Made by a program: the position numbers and the translations under genes. Shown here one piece after another: positions 51,661-60,570 of a DNA stretch of 64,000 nucleotides. Each line of letters opens with the position of its first letter. Position 1 is the first letter of the stretch. The notes beneath the pieces were generated by a model. The model had not been told where the DNA came from and searched no databases. It saw only the letters and a program-made list of their open reading frames with translations. The DNA comes from Deltaproteobacteria bacterium (GTDB taxonomy: Bacteria; Desulfobacterota; Binatia; UBA12015), in the NCBI GenBank assembly GCA_046583355.1, contig JAYGCM010000025.1, positions 1 through 64,000 of the forward strand, given 5' to 3'.

Positions 51661-52646
51661 TGGCAGATCGAGAAAAAGACCTGGAAGCAGCGATGGACGC
51701 CGTGCGCGCGGCATCGAGAATCTGCCGGGCGGTACAGCAGCGGCTGGTCACGGCCGATACGCTGGAGAAAAAAGACAAAAGCCCGGTGACCGTGGCCGAC
51801 TTCGCCTCGCAGGCGATTGTTTGTGAGGTTCTGCAGACTCGCTTTCCCGACGATCCGGTGGTCGGCGAGGAAGGCTCGGCCGATTTGCAGGGCGATTCGG
51901 TCGCGGCCTTGCGCAGTTCCATCGTCGAGGCGGTGGCCGACGAGCTTGGCTACGAGCCCGAAGAAGATGAAGTCCTGGCCTGGATCGACCGCGGCGACGC
52001 CAAGGCCGATACCGCACGCTATTGGACGATTGACCCAATCGACGGTACCAAGGGCTTCCTGCGCGGCGAGCAATACGCGGTTGCGCTCGGCCTGATCGAG
52101 AATGGCGAGGTCGTCCTCGGCGTCCTCGGTTGCCCGAATCTGCCCGGCCCCAAAGGCAAGGGAGCGATCTTCAGCGGCATCCCCGGCCATGCGGCGCTGG
52201 CCCACGAGGTCGACGGCGAGGGCCTGGTTGGTGCGCCGATCGCGGTTGCCGCGCCGCCCTCACTTGCCGAGGCGCGTTTTTGCGAATCCGTCGAGTCGGG
52301 GCACTCCGATCAGGGGGCGTCGGCCAGGATTGCGGCCGAACTCGGGATCACCTCTGAGCCCTTTCGCATCGATAGTCAATGCAAATATGCTGCGGTCGCC
52401 CGCGGTGATGCCTCGATCTACCTGCGCTTGCCGACTCGGGCCGATTACGAGGAGAAGATCTGGGACCACGCCGCTGGCATGGCGGTGGTTGTTGCCGCCG
52501 GCGGGCGCGTGACCGATATTACGGGCCAGTCGCTCGACTTCCGCCAGGGCTGCACGCTCAAGGCGAATCAGGGGATCATCGCGACCAGCGGCGGCATCCA
52601 TGACGCGGTGGTGGCAGCCGTGCAGAAGGTCCTCGCGGCCGGGTGA
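51657..52646 (+). CDS. 3'(2'),5'-bisphosphate nucleotidase, HAL2/SAL1 type
   Basis: KDKSPVTVADF, GEE, DPIDGTKGFLRGEQYAV, ESVESGHS, DSQCKY, EKIWDHAAG. Confidence 0.92.
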   Translation: MMADREKDLEAAMDAVRAASRICRAVQQRLVTADTLEKKDKSPVTVADFASQAIVCEVLQTRFPDDPVVGEEGSADLQGDSVAALRSSIVEAVADELGYEPEEDEVLAWIDRGDAKADTARYWTIDPIDGTKGFLRGEQYAVALGLIENGEVVLGVLGCPNLPGPKGKGAIFSGIPGHAALAHEVDGEGLVGAPIAVAAPPSLAEARFCESVESGHSDQGASARIAAELGITSEPFRIDSQCKYAAVARGDASIYLRLPTRADYEEKIWDHAAGMAVVVAAGGRVTDITGQSLDFRQGCTLKANQGIIATSGGIHDAVVAAVQKVLAAG

Positions 52647-53377
52647 GCACGGCAACGCCGCTGGCCGGCAAAGTATGGGCGGCCACGCGCGCCCTTGCGC
52701 GTGCGATGGACGGCCTCGAATTCGCCGCGCCCGTAACGCATGTCTATAATCCGCTGGATTACGCACGCGCATCGCACCGCGCCTATGTAGAGCGCTTCGC
52801 CGGCACTCCCAAGCGCGTACTCTTCCTGGGCATGAATCCGGGGCCTTTCGGCATGGCGCAGACGGGGGTTCCTTTCGGGGAAATCGCGGCCGTGCGCGAT
52901 TGGATGGGCATCGAGGAGAAGGTTGGCCGGCCCCCAACCGAGCATCCGAAACGTCCGGTGCAGGGGTTTGGTTGCACGCGCGCGGAGGTCAGCGGAGTGC
53001 GGCTTTGGGGTGCGGTGGCCGAGCATTGGCAGACTCCGGAGCGCTTCTTCGCGGACCATTATGTGGTCAATTATTGCCCGCTCCTTTTCATGGAGGAGAG
53101 TGGTCGTAACCGGACGCCGGATAAATTACCGGCCACCGAGCGAGCGCCGATCTATGCGGCCTGCGACAAGCATCTGCGTCGCCTGGTCACGCTGCTTGAG
53201 CCGCGCTGGCTGATCGGCGTAGGTGCGTTCGCGACCGACCGCGCGCGCCGCGCCCTTGGCGAGGGGGGGCCGCAGATCGAAACCGTGCTGCACCCGAGCC
53301 CGGCCAACCCGCGCGCCAACCGCGGCTGGAAAGAGGCCGCTCGCGCGCAACTCGGGGCCATCGGAATCTGCGCCTGA
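52643..53377 (+). CDS. SMUG1-type (family 3) uracil-DNA glycosylase
   Basis: VYNPLDYA, GMNPGPFGMAQTGVPFG, EVSG.RLW, NYCPLLF, HPSPANP. Confidence 0.94.
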   Translation: MSTATPLAGKVWAATRALARAMDGLEFAAPVTHVYNPLDYARASHRAYVERFAGTPKRVLFLGMNPGPFGMAQTGVPFGEIAAVRDWMGIEEKVGRPPTEHPKRPVQGFGCTRAEVSGVRLWGAVAEHWQTPERFFADHYVVNYCPLLFMEESGRNRTPDKLPATERAPIYAACDKHLRRLVTLLEPRWLIGVGAFATDRARRALGEGGPQIETVLHPSPANPRANRGWKEAARAQLGAIGICA

Positions 53378-53455
53378 CGAAGGCCGAACGGGGTTCCCGG
53401 AGGGAAGCTTGGGCAGGTTTTGGCTTGCTGCGGGCGACTTGTTTCCGACCGGCTT

Positions 53456-54286
53456 CTATATCTGCGCGTTGGCGTAGCGGTCGAGTAGAGGCAGGATTTC
53501 TTCGCTGCCCGCGGCGGGGAGCATGAAGATGGCGCGTGATACGCCGGCGTCGCGGCAGCGTGCCAATGAGTCGGGCTTGGCGGGTGCGGCAAAGAGCGTA
53601 ACGGGCAGTTCCGCGCGGCCGGCATCGCGGCACATTTGGTGGAACTCCTTGATCTGCGTGGCCAGGGCTTTGCCCGGGTTGATCGGCATCCAGCCGTCGC
53701 CGTAACGCACGGCGCGGCGCGCCCCATGCGGGAAAGTTCCGCCGACGAGGACCGGCGGGTGGGGGGTCTGGACGGGCTTCGGCCAGGAGTAGATGGGGTC
53801 GAATTGGACCAGGTCGCCCTTGTATTCGGCTTTGCTTTTGGTCCAGATCTCTTTCATCGCTTCGATCCGCTCGCGCATCAGCTTCCAGCGTTGCTTGAAA
53901 TCATCGACGCCGTGGTTGCCGGCCTCTTCTTCGTTCCAGCCGCCGCCCACGCCGAAGAGGAAGCGTCCGCCGGAGATCTGGTCCAGGCTAGCCACGCTTT
54001 TGGCCGTCTGGATCGGGTCGCGCTGGGGGATGAGACAGATTCCTGTCGCCAGCTTGAGCGTGGTCGTCACGGCGGCCGCGGCCGCGAGTGTGATGAAGGG
54101 ATCCATCACGTCGTAGTACATTTTAGGCAACTCGTCGCCGCCCGGAAAGGGCGTCGCCCGGCTGGTGGGGATATGGGAATGTTCGGCTACCCAGAGCGAT
54201 TCGAAGCTGCGCTCTTCGGCGGCGCGTGCCAGCTCGACCGGGGAGATGGAAGAGTCGGTGAAGAAGATCGTGATGCCATAATCCAT
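53456..54286 (-). CDS. LLM-class, probably F420-dependent oxidoreductase (Rv2161c-like)
   Basis: SLWVAEHSHIP, DPFITL, SLDQISGGRF.FGVG.GWN.EE, PKPVQ.PHPP. Confidence 0.88.
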   Translation of the reverse strand: MDYGITIFFTDSSISPVELARAAEERSFESLWVAEHSHIPTSRATPFPGGDELPKMYYDVMDPFITLAAAAAVTTTLKLATGICLIPQRDPIQTAKSVASLDQISGGRFLFGVGGGWNEEEAGNHGVDDFKQRWKLMRERIEAMKEIWTKSKAEYKGDLVQFDPIYSWPKPVQTPHPPVLVGGTFPHGARRAVRYGDGWMPINPGKALATQIKEFHQMCRDAGRAELPVTLFAAPAKPDSLARCRDAGVSRAIFMLPAAGSEEILPLLDRYANAQI

Positions 54287-54355
54287 GCCGCGGGCATACC
54301 AGCGCTCGCCGCACGGAGCGAGGCGCCGCGGCGGGACAGGGCCGCACCTCCAGGA

Positions 54356-55015
54356 TCAGCCGATTGCGAGGATGCTGGCGGCGAGTACGAGCTGGCCCGC
54401 GAAATACAGCGGCAGTCCCCAGAGGCGGTTGGTGATCGACTTGGCGACGAATTGCTGGCGCGCCACGGCGAGGTCCGACACGTAGAAGAGCAGGGCGCCG
54501 ATCAGCACGCTGGCAGCACCCGTCTCCGCATAGGCGCTGGCGGCAAAGAGAACCATGGCGGTGATGACGATCGTATAGGCCGCAACGGCGGCCCGCATGG
54601 GCCCTTCGACATGCGGCAGAAGCCAGCGCAGGGTGACGGCGGCGACCAATGCCAGGACGAGGGCGGCACCCAGGAGGGCTGGCATATTGAGGCCGAGTTG
54701 TCCGAAGGCGACGGCGTAGGCGAGGTGGCCCAGCAGGAAGGAGACCAGGCCGGCGAGAAGGGTCTTCTCCGAGTCGCGGGGGATCAGCAGCACATCGCCG
54801 ACAAAGGAGAGCACGAGGCCGGTGAGGATCCACGCTCCGTAGCTGGTCTGAGGGGCCGAGACGGCCAGCGCGGCGCCGAGGAAGCCCAGTGCTGCGACGG
54901 GTTTGGTTAACCAGACTCCGCGAATTTCGTTGCGCGACTCAGCAATCAGAAGAGCGATGGTCGCCAGCACCGTGATGGTGACACAGGCGAGGAAAAGGGG
55001 CGGCAGCTCCGGCAT
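54356..55015 (-). CDS. YhhN/TMEM86 lysoplasmalogenase-family membrane protein
   Basis: KP, S..GD..L, GLVSFLLGHLAY, GALLFYVSD, LYFAGQ. Start 55015 or 55030. Confidence 0.88.
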   Translation of the reverse strand: MPELPPLFLACVTITVLATIALLIAESRNEIRGVWLTKPVAALGFLGAALAVSAPQTSYGAWILTGLVLSFVGDVLLIPRDSEKTLLAGLVSFLLGHLAYAVAFGQLGLNMPALLGAALVLALVAAVTLRWLLPHVEGPMRAAVAAYTIVITAMVLFAASAYAETGAASVLIGALLFYVSDLAVARQQFVAKSITNRLWGLPLYFAGQLVLAASILAIG

Positions 55016-55173
55016 GGAGTTGCCTACCATAGAGAACCATCGAGGCCGAAGCCGGCGTCGTCGCTTGCCGCAAAGTCCCGATCGCGGCATTGCTCTGCCC
55101 CGATCCCTTGATCGAGTTCGGCCCCAATGCTGCCCCGTTCGGGGCCTCCAGGGGCCGCACGACCGCACTTTTC

Positions 55174-55202
55174 TTGCACAATGGTGATTGGCGGCGTACT
55201 TT
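55174..55202 (+). promoter_or_regulatory. Putative sigma70 promoter of the SCP2 gene
   Basis: TTGCAC, 17-nt spacer, TACTTT. Confidence 0.5.
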
Positions 55203-55239
55203 TGGAAGCCGGATTTGCGTAATAGAGGAGGAGTCAACG

Positions 55240-55644
55240 ATGAGTAAATTTCCGTTTCTGAGCGATGGCTGGCTGGATGCCGTGATTGCCTTGCAAGGGG
55301 AGTACGGAGGCCAGTTGCCGCCCGCTTCCATCAAGATGAAAATGAACCAGATTGTGAACGGCATGCCCTTCGGTGACGCCACGCTTCATTTCCATCTGGA
55401 CTCCAGCACCGGGGAGGGGCGTCTGGGCAAGGGGCATGTCGAGGTTGCCGACGTGACGGTCACGACGGATTACGAAACCGCCCGCGCCCTGGTGGTCGAG
55501 CCGGACCAGGCCGCAGCGATGCAGGCCTTTATGTCGGGGCGCATCAAGGTCGCCGGAGATATGACCAAGATCATGACCCCGCAGCCGCCCAAGAATGATG
55601 CGCAGAAGGAACTCGACCAGAAGATCCAGGACCTGACCGAATAG
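55240..55644 (+). CDS. SCP2 sterol/lipid-binding domain protein
   Basis: FPFLSDGW, ADVTVTTDYETA, MQAFMSGRIKVAGD; GAGGAGG RBS. Confidence 0.88.
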   Translation: MSKFPFLSDGWLDAVIALQGEYGGQLPPASIKMKMNQIVNGMPFGDATLHFHLDSSTGEGRLGKGHVEVADVTVTTDYETARALVVEPDQAAAMQAFMSGRIKVAGDMTKIMTPQPPKNDAQKELDQKIQDLTE

Positions 55645-55652
55645 CCTGACGG

Positions 55653-56957
55653 CTATTCGGCGAAATCGCGGCCCTTGGCGCGCGCGACCTCGCGTGCGCT
55701 CGGGTTGACCGAGGCGCGGAAGGGGACCTCGGCGACCTCGGCGGCGACCGGCACGGCGCTGGTCTCTGCGTATTCGTCGGGGAGCGCGACCTGCAGGGCC
55801 GTACCGACGGCCGCATGAGCGACCGGCACCCAGCCGAGCGCGATATTCGTCGCCAGCTCGGGCGACCACCAGGGCGAGGTCACATAGCCGATCGGCTCAC
55901 CTCCGGGTGTGGCGATCAACCAGAAATCGGGCGCGTAATCGTCGATCTCCTTGCCGCCCAGGCGGAGTCCGACCATCTTCATTTTGAAGGGAAAGGCGCC
56001 GCCGTCGATGATGCCGCGCTGGCGCTCCAATTCGGCCTTGCCGATATAATCCGCTTCTTTGTTGCGCGGAACCTGGTAGCCGAGGTTCACCTGGAAGGGT
56101 GAGTTCTCAAGGTCCATATCCTGTCCCCAGGACAGAATCCCGGCCGCGATACGGCGATGGTGGGCCGGTGCGATTACCTGCAGGCCGAACTCCGTGCCGG
56201 CGGCGAGCACGGCATTCCAGACCGTCTCGGCATGTTCATGGGCATCCTTCACGTAGATCTCGTAGCCCTTCTCGCCGGTGAACCCGCTTTGGCTGATCAG
56301 GACCTCGGCGCCTTCGACGCGGGCATTCATCAGCCCGTAGTAGGGGATCTCTCGAACTTCCTCGCCGACGAGTTTCGCCATCAGGTCGATCGAGAGCGGA
56401 CCCTGAATCTGCACGGGACAGACGTCGATCTCGTCGATTGTGACATCGTAGCGGCAAGAGATATTGACCCCCTGCAACCAGAGCATCACGTCGCTATCCG
56501 AGATCGAGAACCAGAATTCATCGGCCGCGGGACGCAAGAGTACAGGGTCGTTCAGGATACCGCCCTTGGCGTTGCAGAGAATGCAATATTTGCCATTCAT
56601 CGGCTTGATCTTCGTCGCATCTCTGGTAATTACATAATTGACGAAGGCCTCGGCGTCGGGGCCCTGGATACGGATCTGTCGCTCGACTGCGACGTTCCAC
56701 ATGGTGACGCGGTTCACCAGGGCGTCGTATTCCGCCATCGCGCCGCCGTCTTCGCGGCGCACGTAGCCGCGCGGGTGGTACATGCGGTTGTAGGTGGTCG
56801 CCCGCCAGCAGCCGGCTTCGATCGAAAGTGCCCAGAAAGGGGATTTGCGGATGCGCGTCGAGATCAGCATCTCGACCGGCGTACGCCCGCTCTGGCGCAG
56901 GTTGTAGGGAACTAGGCGATCGCTCTGGTCGACACTCGGAAAGTTGGGATGTTTCAT
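55653..56957 (-). CDS. GcvT-family aminomethyltransferase/demethylase (DmdA/LigM-like)
   Basis: RKSPF, GPDA, ILNDPVLLR, SQSGFTGEKGYEIY, C-terminal barrel (IGYVTS..WSP...NIALG). Confidence 0.88.
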   Translation of the reverse strand: MKHPNFPSVDQSDRLVPYNLRQSGRTPVEMLISTRIRKSPFWALSIEAGCWRATTYNRMYHPRGYVRREDGGAMAEYDALVNRVTMWNVAVERQIRIQGPDAEAFVNYVITRDATKIKPMNGKYCILCNAKGGILNDPVLLRPAADEFWFSISDSDVMLWLQGVNISCRYDVTIDEIDVCPVQIQGPLSIDLMAKLVGEEVREIPYYGLMNARVEGAEVLISQSGFTGEKGYEIYVKDAHEHAETVWNAVLAAGTEFGLQVIAPAHHRRIAAGILSWGQDMDLENSPFQVNLGYQVPRNKEADYIGKAELERQRGIIDGGAFPFKMKMVGLRLGGKEIDDYAPDFWLIATPGGEPIGYVTSPWWSPELATNIALGWVPVAHAAVGTALQVALPDEYAETSAVPVAAEVAEVPFRASVNPSAREVARAKGRDFAE

Positions 56958-56976
56958 TCTGTTTCCTGGGCGGGCT

Positions 56977-59574
56977 TCATTGGCGAACCCGCCGGTTTTC
57001 GGGGTCGTAGAGCGACCCGCGGCCAGCGATGCGGACGGTCATCGGGTAGAGCCCATCGCCGTCCTCGTTGAAGTATTCGAAGAGAAGTTTCTCGCCGACC
57101 CGGGCCTGGGCCGGGGGCAGGTAGCCCATGACGATATGACGACCGATGGACGGACCGTACGCGGTACTGGTCGCGTAGGAACGCCGGCCCCGGGCGTCTA
57201 CCAGGACCTCGTTTGTTCCGGGATCGAGGATGGGGCCGATTCCGGTGGGGAAGCGATCCGGGCCGCCATGCGGTGCCTGCGAGTCGAGCGTCATCGTGCA
57301 TAGGAGTGCCGTCGGCGCCTCCTCGCGGTGGCGCAGATGCGCCGTTTTGCCGATGAAATCCGCTGCCTTCACCGCCGGCCGCTGCACGGCGGATTCGCAG
57401 GCATTGTACTCGGTCTCGAGGTCGGCACCTTGCAGGCGGAAGCTCTTCTCCAGCCGGCGGCTGTTGGCGTAGGTCTCGATGCCAACCGGCACGACACCGG
57501 CTTCCAACAAGGCGTCGAAGAGCGCCAGCCCGCAATCGGGTTGGTTGGGCAGGTAGAGTTCCCAGCCGCTCTCGCCGACGTACGAGATACGCACGGCCCA
57601 TACCGGCAGCTTGCGTCCCCCCGGCAGGTCGAGTGTGAGGTTGCGGGCGGTTGCGAAGGGAAAGGCTGCATCGGCAAGCGTTGCCGGGTCAGCGAAGCGG
57701 CGCAGGAACTGGCGCGCTTGCGGTCCCCACAGCCCCAATGTCGCCAGGTCATGGGTGCGGATCCGAATCTTCGCATCCAGTGCCTCGTCGTCGCGGTGGT
57801 TGCGGATCGTCATCCAATCGCGGTTGCCGTCGGCGCCGCCGGTGATCACGCGGAAGCGATCTTTGCCGAGGCGGCAGATCGTCAGGTCGGCATGCACCGT
57901 GCCTTGCGGGGTCAGGAAATTGGTATAGACGGCGCGACCTTCCGGAGTATCGCCACCGATCTTGCCGACCGAGAGACTCTCGAGCAGTCGCTCGGCGTCG
58001 CGGCCCTCGATGTCGAAGATCGCGAAATGCGAGAGGTTGATCATTCCGGCCGTATCACTCATGGCGAGCTGCTCGGCGCCGGCGAGTTGGTAGGGGATAT
58101 GGCGCCCATCCCACTCGTTTTCGCGCCGGGGTACGCGCCCGATGTAGTCGCCGAGGCGCTCCCGGTTGCTCTCGTAGGCCAGCGCGCGTTCCCAGCCGCC
58201 GATCTCGTTTGCGAAATGCCCGTCCAGTTCCTTCTCCCGCTGGTGGAAGGGGCTGAGATAGATGTCGCGCCCGCTGAGGAAGGGCTCGCGTGGATGGACC
58301 GGCGGGGTGTAGATCGATTGGGCGTTCTCGAAGACGCGGCCGCGCACGAACTCCTTTTCCTTCTGCACCGGATAGAAGCGCGCGATATCGAAGGAGTGCA
58401 TATCCATCTGGGCGTGGCCGGTGGCCATCCACTCGGCGCAGAGCCGTGCGGCGCCCGGGCCGTCCTTGACCCAGACGGCTTCGCAAAGCCAGAATCCGCG
58501 CACCTCGGGGCTCTCGCCGATCAGCGAGGCGCCGTCGGCCGTGACCGAGAGCAAGCCGTTGAACGAACTGCGCTCGTCCCAGCCGAGTTCGCCGAGAATG
58601 GGCACGGTATCTGCGGCCTTCGCAAGCGCTTCGCCGACCTCCTCCAGAGCGAGGTGGCGCATCGAGGGCGAGGTCATCGTCTTGTCGGGGTTGCCGATAT
58701 CGAGGGGGTCGACGAGGCGCGGGTTCTTCTCCTCGTAATAGCCCCATTCGAGCATGCCGCCATCGATGCGACCGGTGTCGCGCACATACGCCGAGTTGCC
58801 CTGGTCGCGGAAGAGGGGATGTACGATGAACTCCTCGGTGCCCTGGATGCTCGGCAGCGGACCGAAGAAGAGCAGGGGATGCTCGACCGGCCACAGCGGC
58901 ACGGGCACATCGACCATATCGCCGAGGAGCGGTCCCCAGATTCCCGAGGTGAGCACAACCTTCGGCGTCCGGATGATTCCGCGGTCGGTATGGACGCCCG
59001 TGACGCGCCCCTTCTCGACGACAAAGCCGGTCGCCGGAGTATTCGTGAAGGTCTGCAGCGCGCCGACGGCCTGTGCCCGGCCGATGACCTCGCTCACCAC
59101 ATCGAGCGAGCGCGGTGTCACGAGGCCGGCATCGGGATCCCACATCGCACCGCGGATGGAGTCTTCGTCGAGGAGGGGGAATTTCCTCTTTGCGGCGGCG
59201 GCGTCGATCAGGCTCACGTTGGTGCCGAAGGCACGCCCGGACGCGACCTTGCGCTTGAGTTCCTCCCAGCGTGCATCGTCGCCCTTGCGGCAAACCTCGA
59301 GGCCGCCGCGCCGGGTGAAGAAGCCGTTGTCCTCGTAGAAGCGGCGGCTGAAGGCCGTCGTCCAATTACTCAGCTTGTCATGTGCTGTATTGAAGATGAA
59401 ATCCGAGGCATGCGAGGTCGATGAGATATCGGAGGGAATCGAGCCCGCCTTCTCCAGGCCGACGATATTGCGCACGCCGAGCTCGGCGAGCCAGAAGGCG
59501 AGCATCGAGCCGACAATTCCGCCGACGCCGACAATGACGACGTCTGCTTCACTGGGAAATTCCGTGGATGGCAA
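56977..59574 (-). CDS. FAD-dependent oxidoreductase with GcvT domain (dimethylglycine/sarcosine dehydrogenase or oxidase-like)
   Basis: VVIVGVGGIVG, STSHA (His for covalent FAD), EAVWVK.GPG, GWER, RISYVGESGWELY, RLEK, YDP.N.R; TTG start with GAGGAG RBS. Confidence 0.9.
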   Translation of the reverse strand: MPSTEFPSEADVVIVGVGGIVGSMLAFWLAELGVRNIVGLEKAGSIPSDISSTSHASDFIFNTAHDKLSNWTTAFSRRFYEDNGFFTRRGGLEVCRKGDDARWEELKRKVASGRAFGTNVSLIDAAAAKRKFPLLDEDSIRGAMWDPDAGLVTPRSLDVVSEVIGRAQAVGALQTFTNTPATGFVVEKGRVTGVHTDRGIIRTPKVVLTSGIWGPLLGDMVDVPVPLWPVEHPLLFFGPLPSIQGTEEFIVHPLFRDQGNSAYVRDTGRIDGGMLEWGYYEEKNPRLVDPLDIGNPDKTMTSPSMRHLALEEVGEALAKAADTVPILGELGWDERSSFNGLLSVTADGASLIGESPEVRGFWLCEAVWVKDGPGAARLCAEWMATGHAQMDMHSFDIARFYPVQKEKEFVRGRVFENAQSIYTPPVHPREPFLSGRDIYLSPFHQREKELDGHFANEIGGWERALAYESNRERLGDYIGRVPRRENEWDGRHIPYQLAGAEQLAMSDTAGMINLSHFAIFDIEGRDAERLLESLSVGKIGGDTPEGRAVYTNFLTPQGTVHADLTICRLGKDRFRVITGGADGNRDWMTIRNHRDDEALDAKIRIRTHDLATLGLWGPQARQFLRRFADPATLADAAFPFATARNLTLDLPGGRKLPVWAVRISYVGESGWELYLPNQPDCGLALFDALLEAGVVPVGIETYANSRRLEKSFRLQGADLETEYNACESAVQRPAVKAADFIGKTAHLRHREEAPTALLCTMTLDSQAPHGGPDRFPTGIGPILDPGTNEVLVDARGRRSYATSTAYGPSIGRHIVMGYLPPAQARVGEKLLFEYFNEDGDGLYPMTVRIAGRGSLYDPENRRVRQ

Positions 59575-59632
59575 GATGGTTCTCCTCGCGCGGCAAGGGG
59601 GCAGCCGCTCTTCCTCGGTGGTGATTAACTAT

Positions 59633-59649
59633 ACCGTCCGGACTGTCAA
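59633..59649 (-). promoter_or_regulatory. Near-palindromic operator candidate overlapping a -35 TTGACA
   Basis: ACCGTCCGGACTGT (59633-59646); TGTCAA at 59644-59649 reads TTGACA on the minus strand. Confidence 0.45.
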
Positions 59650-59739
59650 GTGGGAGGAGCGTTTTCGGCATCGGGCCGTCCGGCGTTGCGCCGAAGCGCC
59701 TACCTCTGGCAAGCTCAGGGTGTGGAACCGAAGCACCCG

Positions 59740-60519
59740 ATGAAGCGATTTTCCCCGAGTCCCCGGCGCCTGAGCTCGCATCGGGTGCCGGCGTGGCTGG
59801 CCGGACCTTTCATGCTGATCGCAGCGCTGGCGACTCCTCTGCAGGCATGGGCGGCGGAATCGCTGGCGGCGACGCCTGCCGGCAGCGAGATACTGGCTCG
59901 GATCTACGCCAATGCCTCGGTGGCGGAGTTGCTGTTTCCGGGGCATTCCAGCCGCCGCGAGATCGTTCGGCGCGACTACGACACCGATGATGGCGCCTTG
60001 CGTTCGACCTATGTGGTCGAGGCCGATGTATGGGGCTGGCTTGGCGAGGCAGATCGGATGAAGGTCCTGAAATGCGAACGCAACGGCAAGGCGGTCGATC
60101 TCTCCGATTGTGAGCCGAAGCTCGAGGGCGATCCGCTCTACCCGATGTTCGGTGAGAGTGGGCGCGATCATTACCAGCTTGAGTTTGTCAGGGAGGTCGA
60201 GCGCAACGACGTCGCCAGCTATCAGGTGCGCGTGGTCCCGAAGCAGGAGACCGCCCGTCATTTCAAGGGGGATCTTTTCTTCCGCAAGGATACCCTCTCC
60301 TTGCTCAGTGTTGAGGGTGGCCTCGCGGATCATCCCTTCGGTTTGCAGAAGTTCCAGCTGCGCCTCGACTTCAAAGACAAGGACGGCCGCAGCCTGCTCG
60401 TCTCGGGAACGTCTGATGCGACCCTTTATGTGCTGTTTCTGGTCGACACCCGCATTGTCACCGAATTCGAGGCCTCGCGGCAACGTCTTCTGGCACCTGA
60501 CGAGAAGCCCGCAGGCTGA
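59740..60519 (+). CDS. Secreted hypothetical protein, possibly LolA/RseB-like fold
   Basis: Signal peptide ending AWA; beta-rich pattern YQVRVVPK...FKGDLFF. Confidence 0.65.
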   Translation: MKRFSPSPRRLSSHRVPAWLAGPFMLIAALATPLQAWAAESLAATPAGSEILARIYANASVAELLFPGHSSRREIVRRDYDTDDGALRSTYVVEADVWGWLGEADRMKVLKCERNGKAVDLSDCEPKLEGDPLYPMFGESGRDHYQLEFVREVERNDVASYQVRVVPKQETARHFKGDLFFRKDTLSLLSVEGGLADHPFGLQKFQLRLDFKDKDGRSLLVSGTSDATLYVLFLVDTRIVTEFEASRQRLLAPDEKPAG

Positions 60520-60570
60520 GGCCGGAGGCGGTCGCTGATTGTCGCCTGATGTGGATCGCGCGCCGGTTTT

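Noticed and set aside
51146..51922. Long N-terminal extensions in the ORF track for the PfkB kinase (also EF-P to 31991, MCD to 50304, YhhN to 55237, DUF4136 from 5301)
   Set aside because: They overlap other genes or intergenic DNA, and family homology starts at downstream start codons.
57328..59424. 698-aa + strand ORF, and similar long ORFs at 22786-24762, 38738-40522, 44211-46406 and 8563-9804
   Set aside because: They are antisense shadows of well-supported genes with no motifs; expected from GC-rich codon bias.
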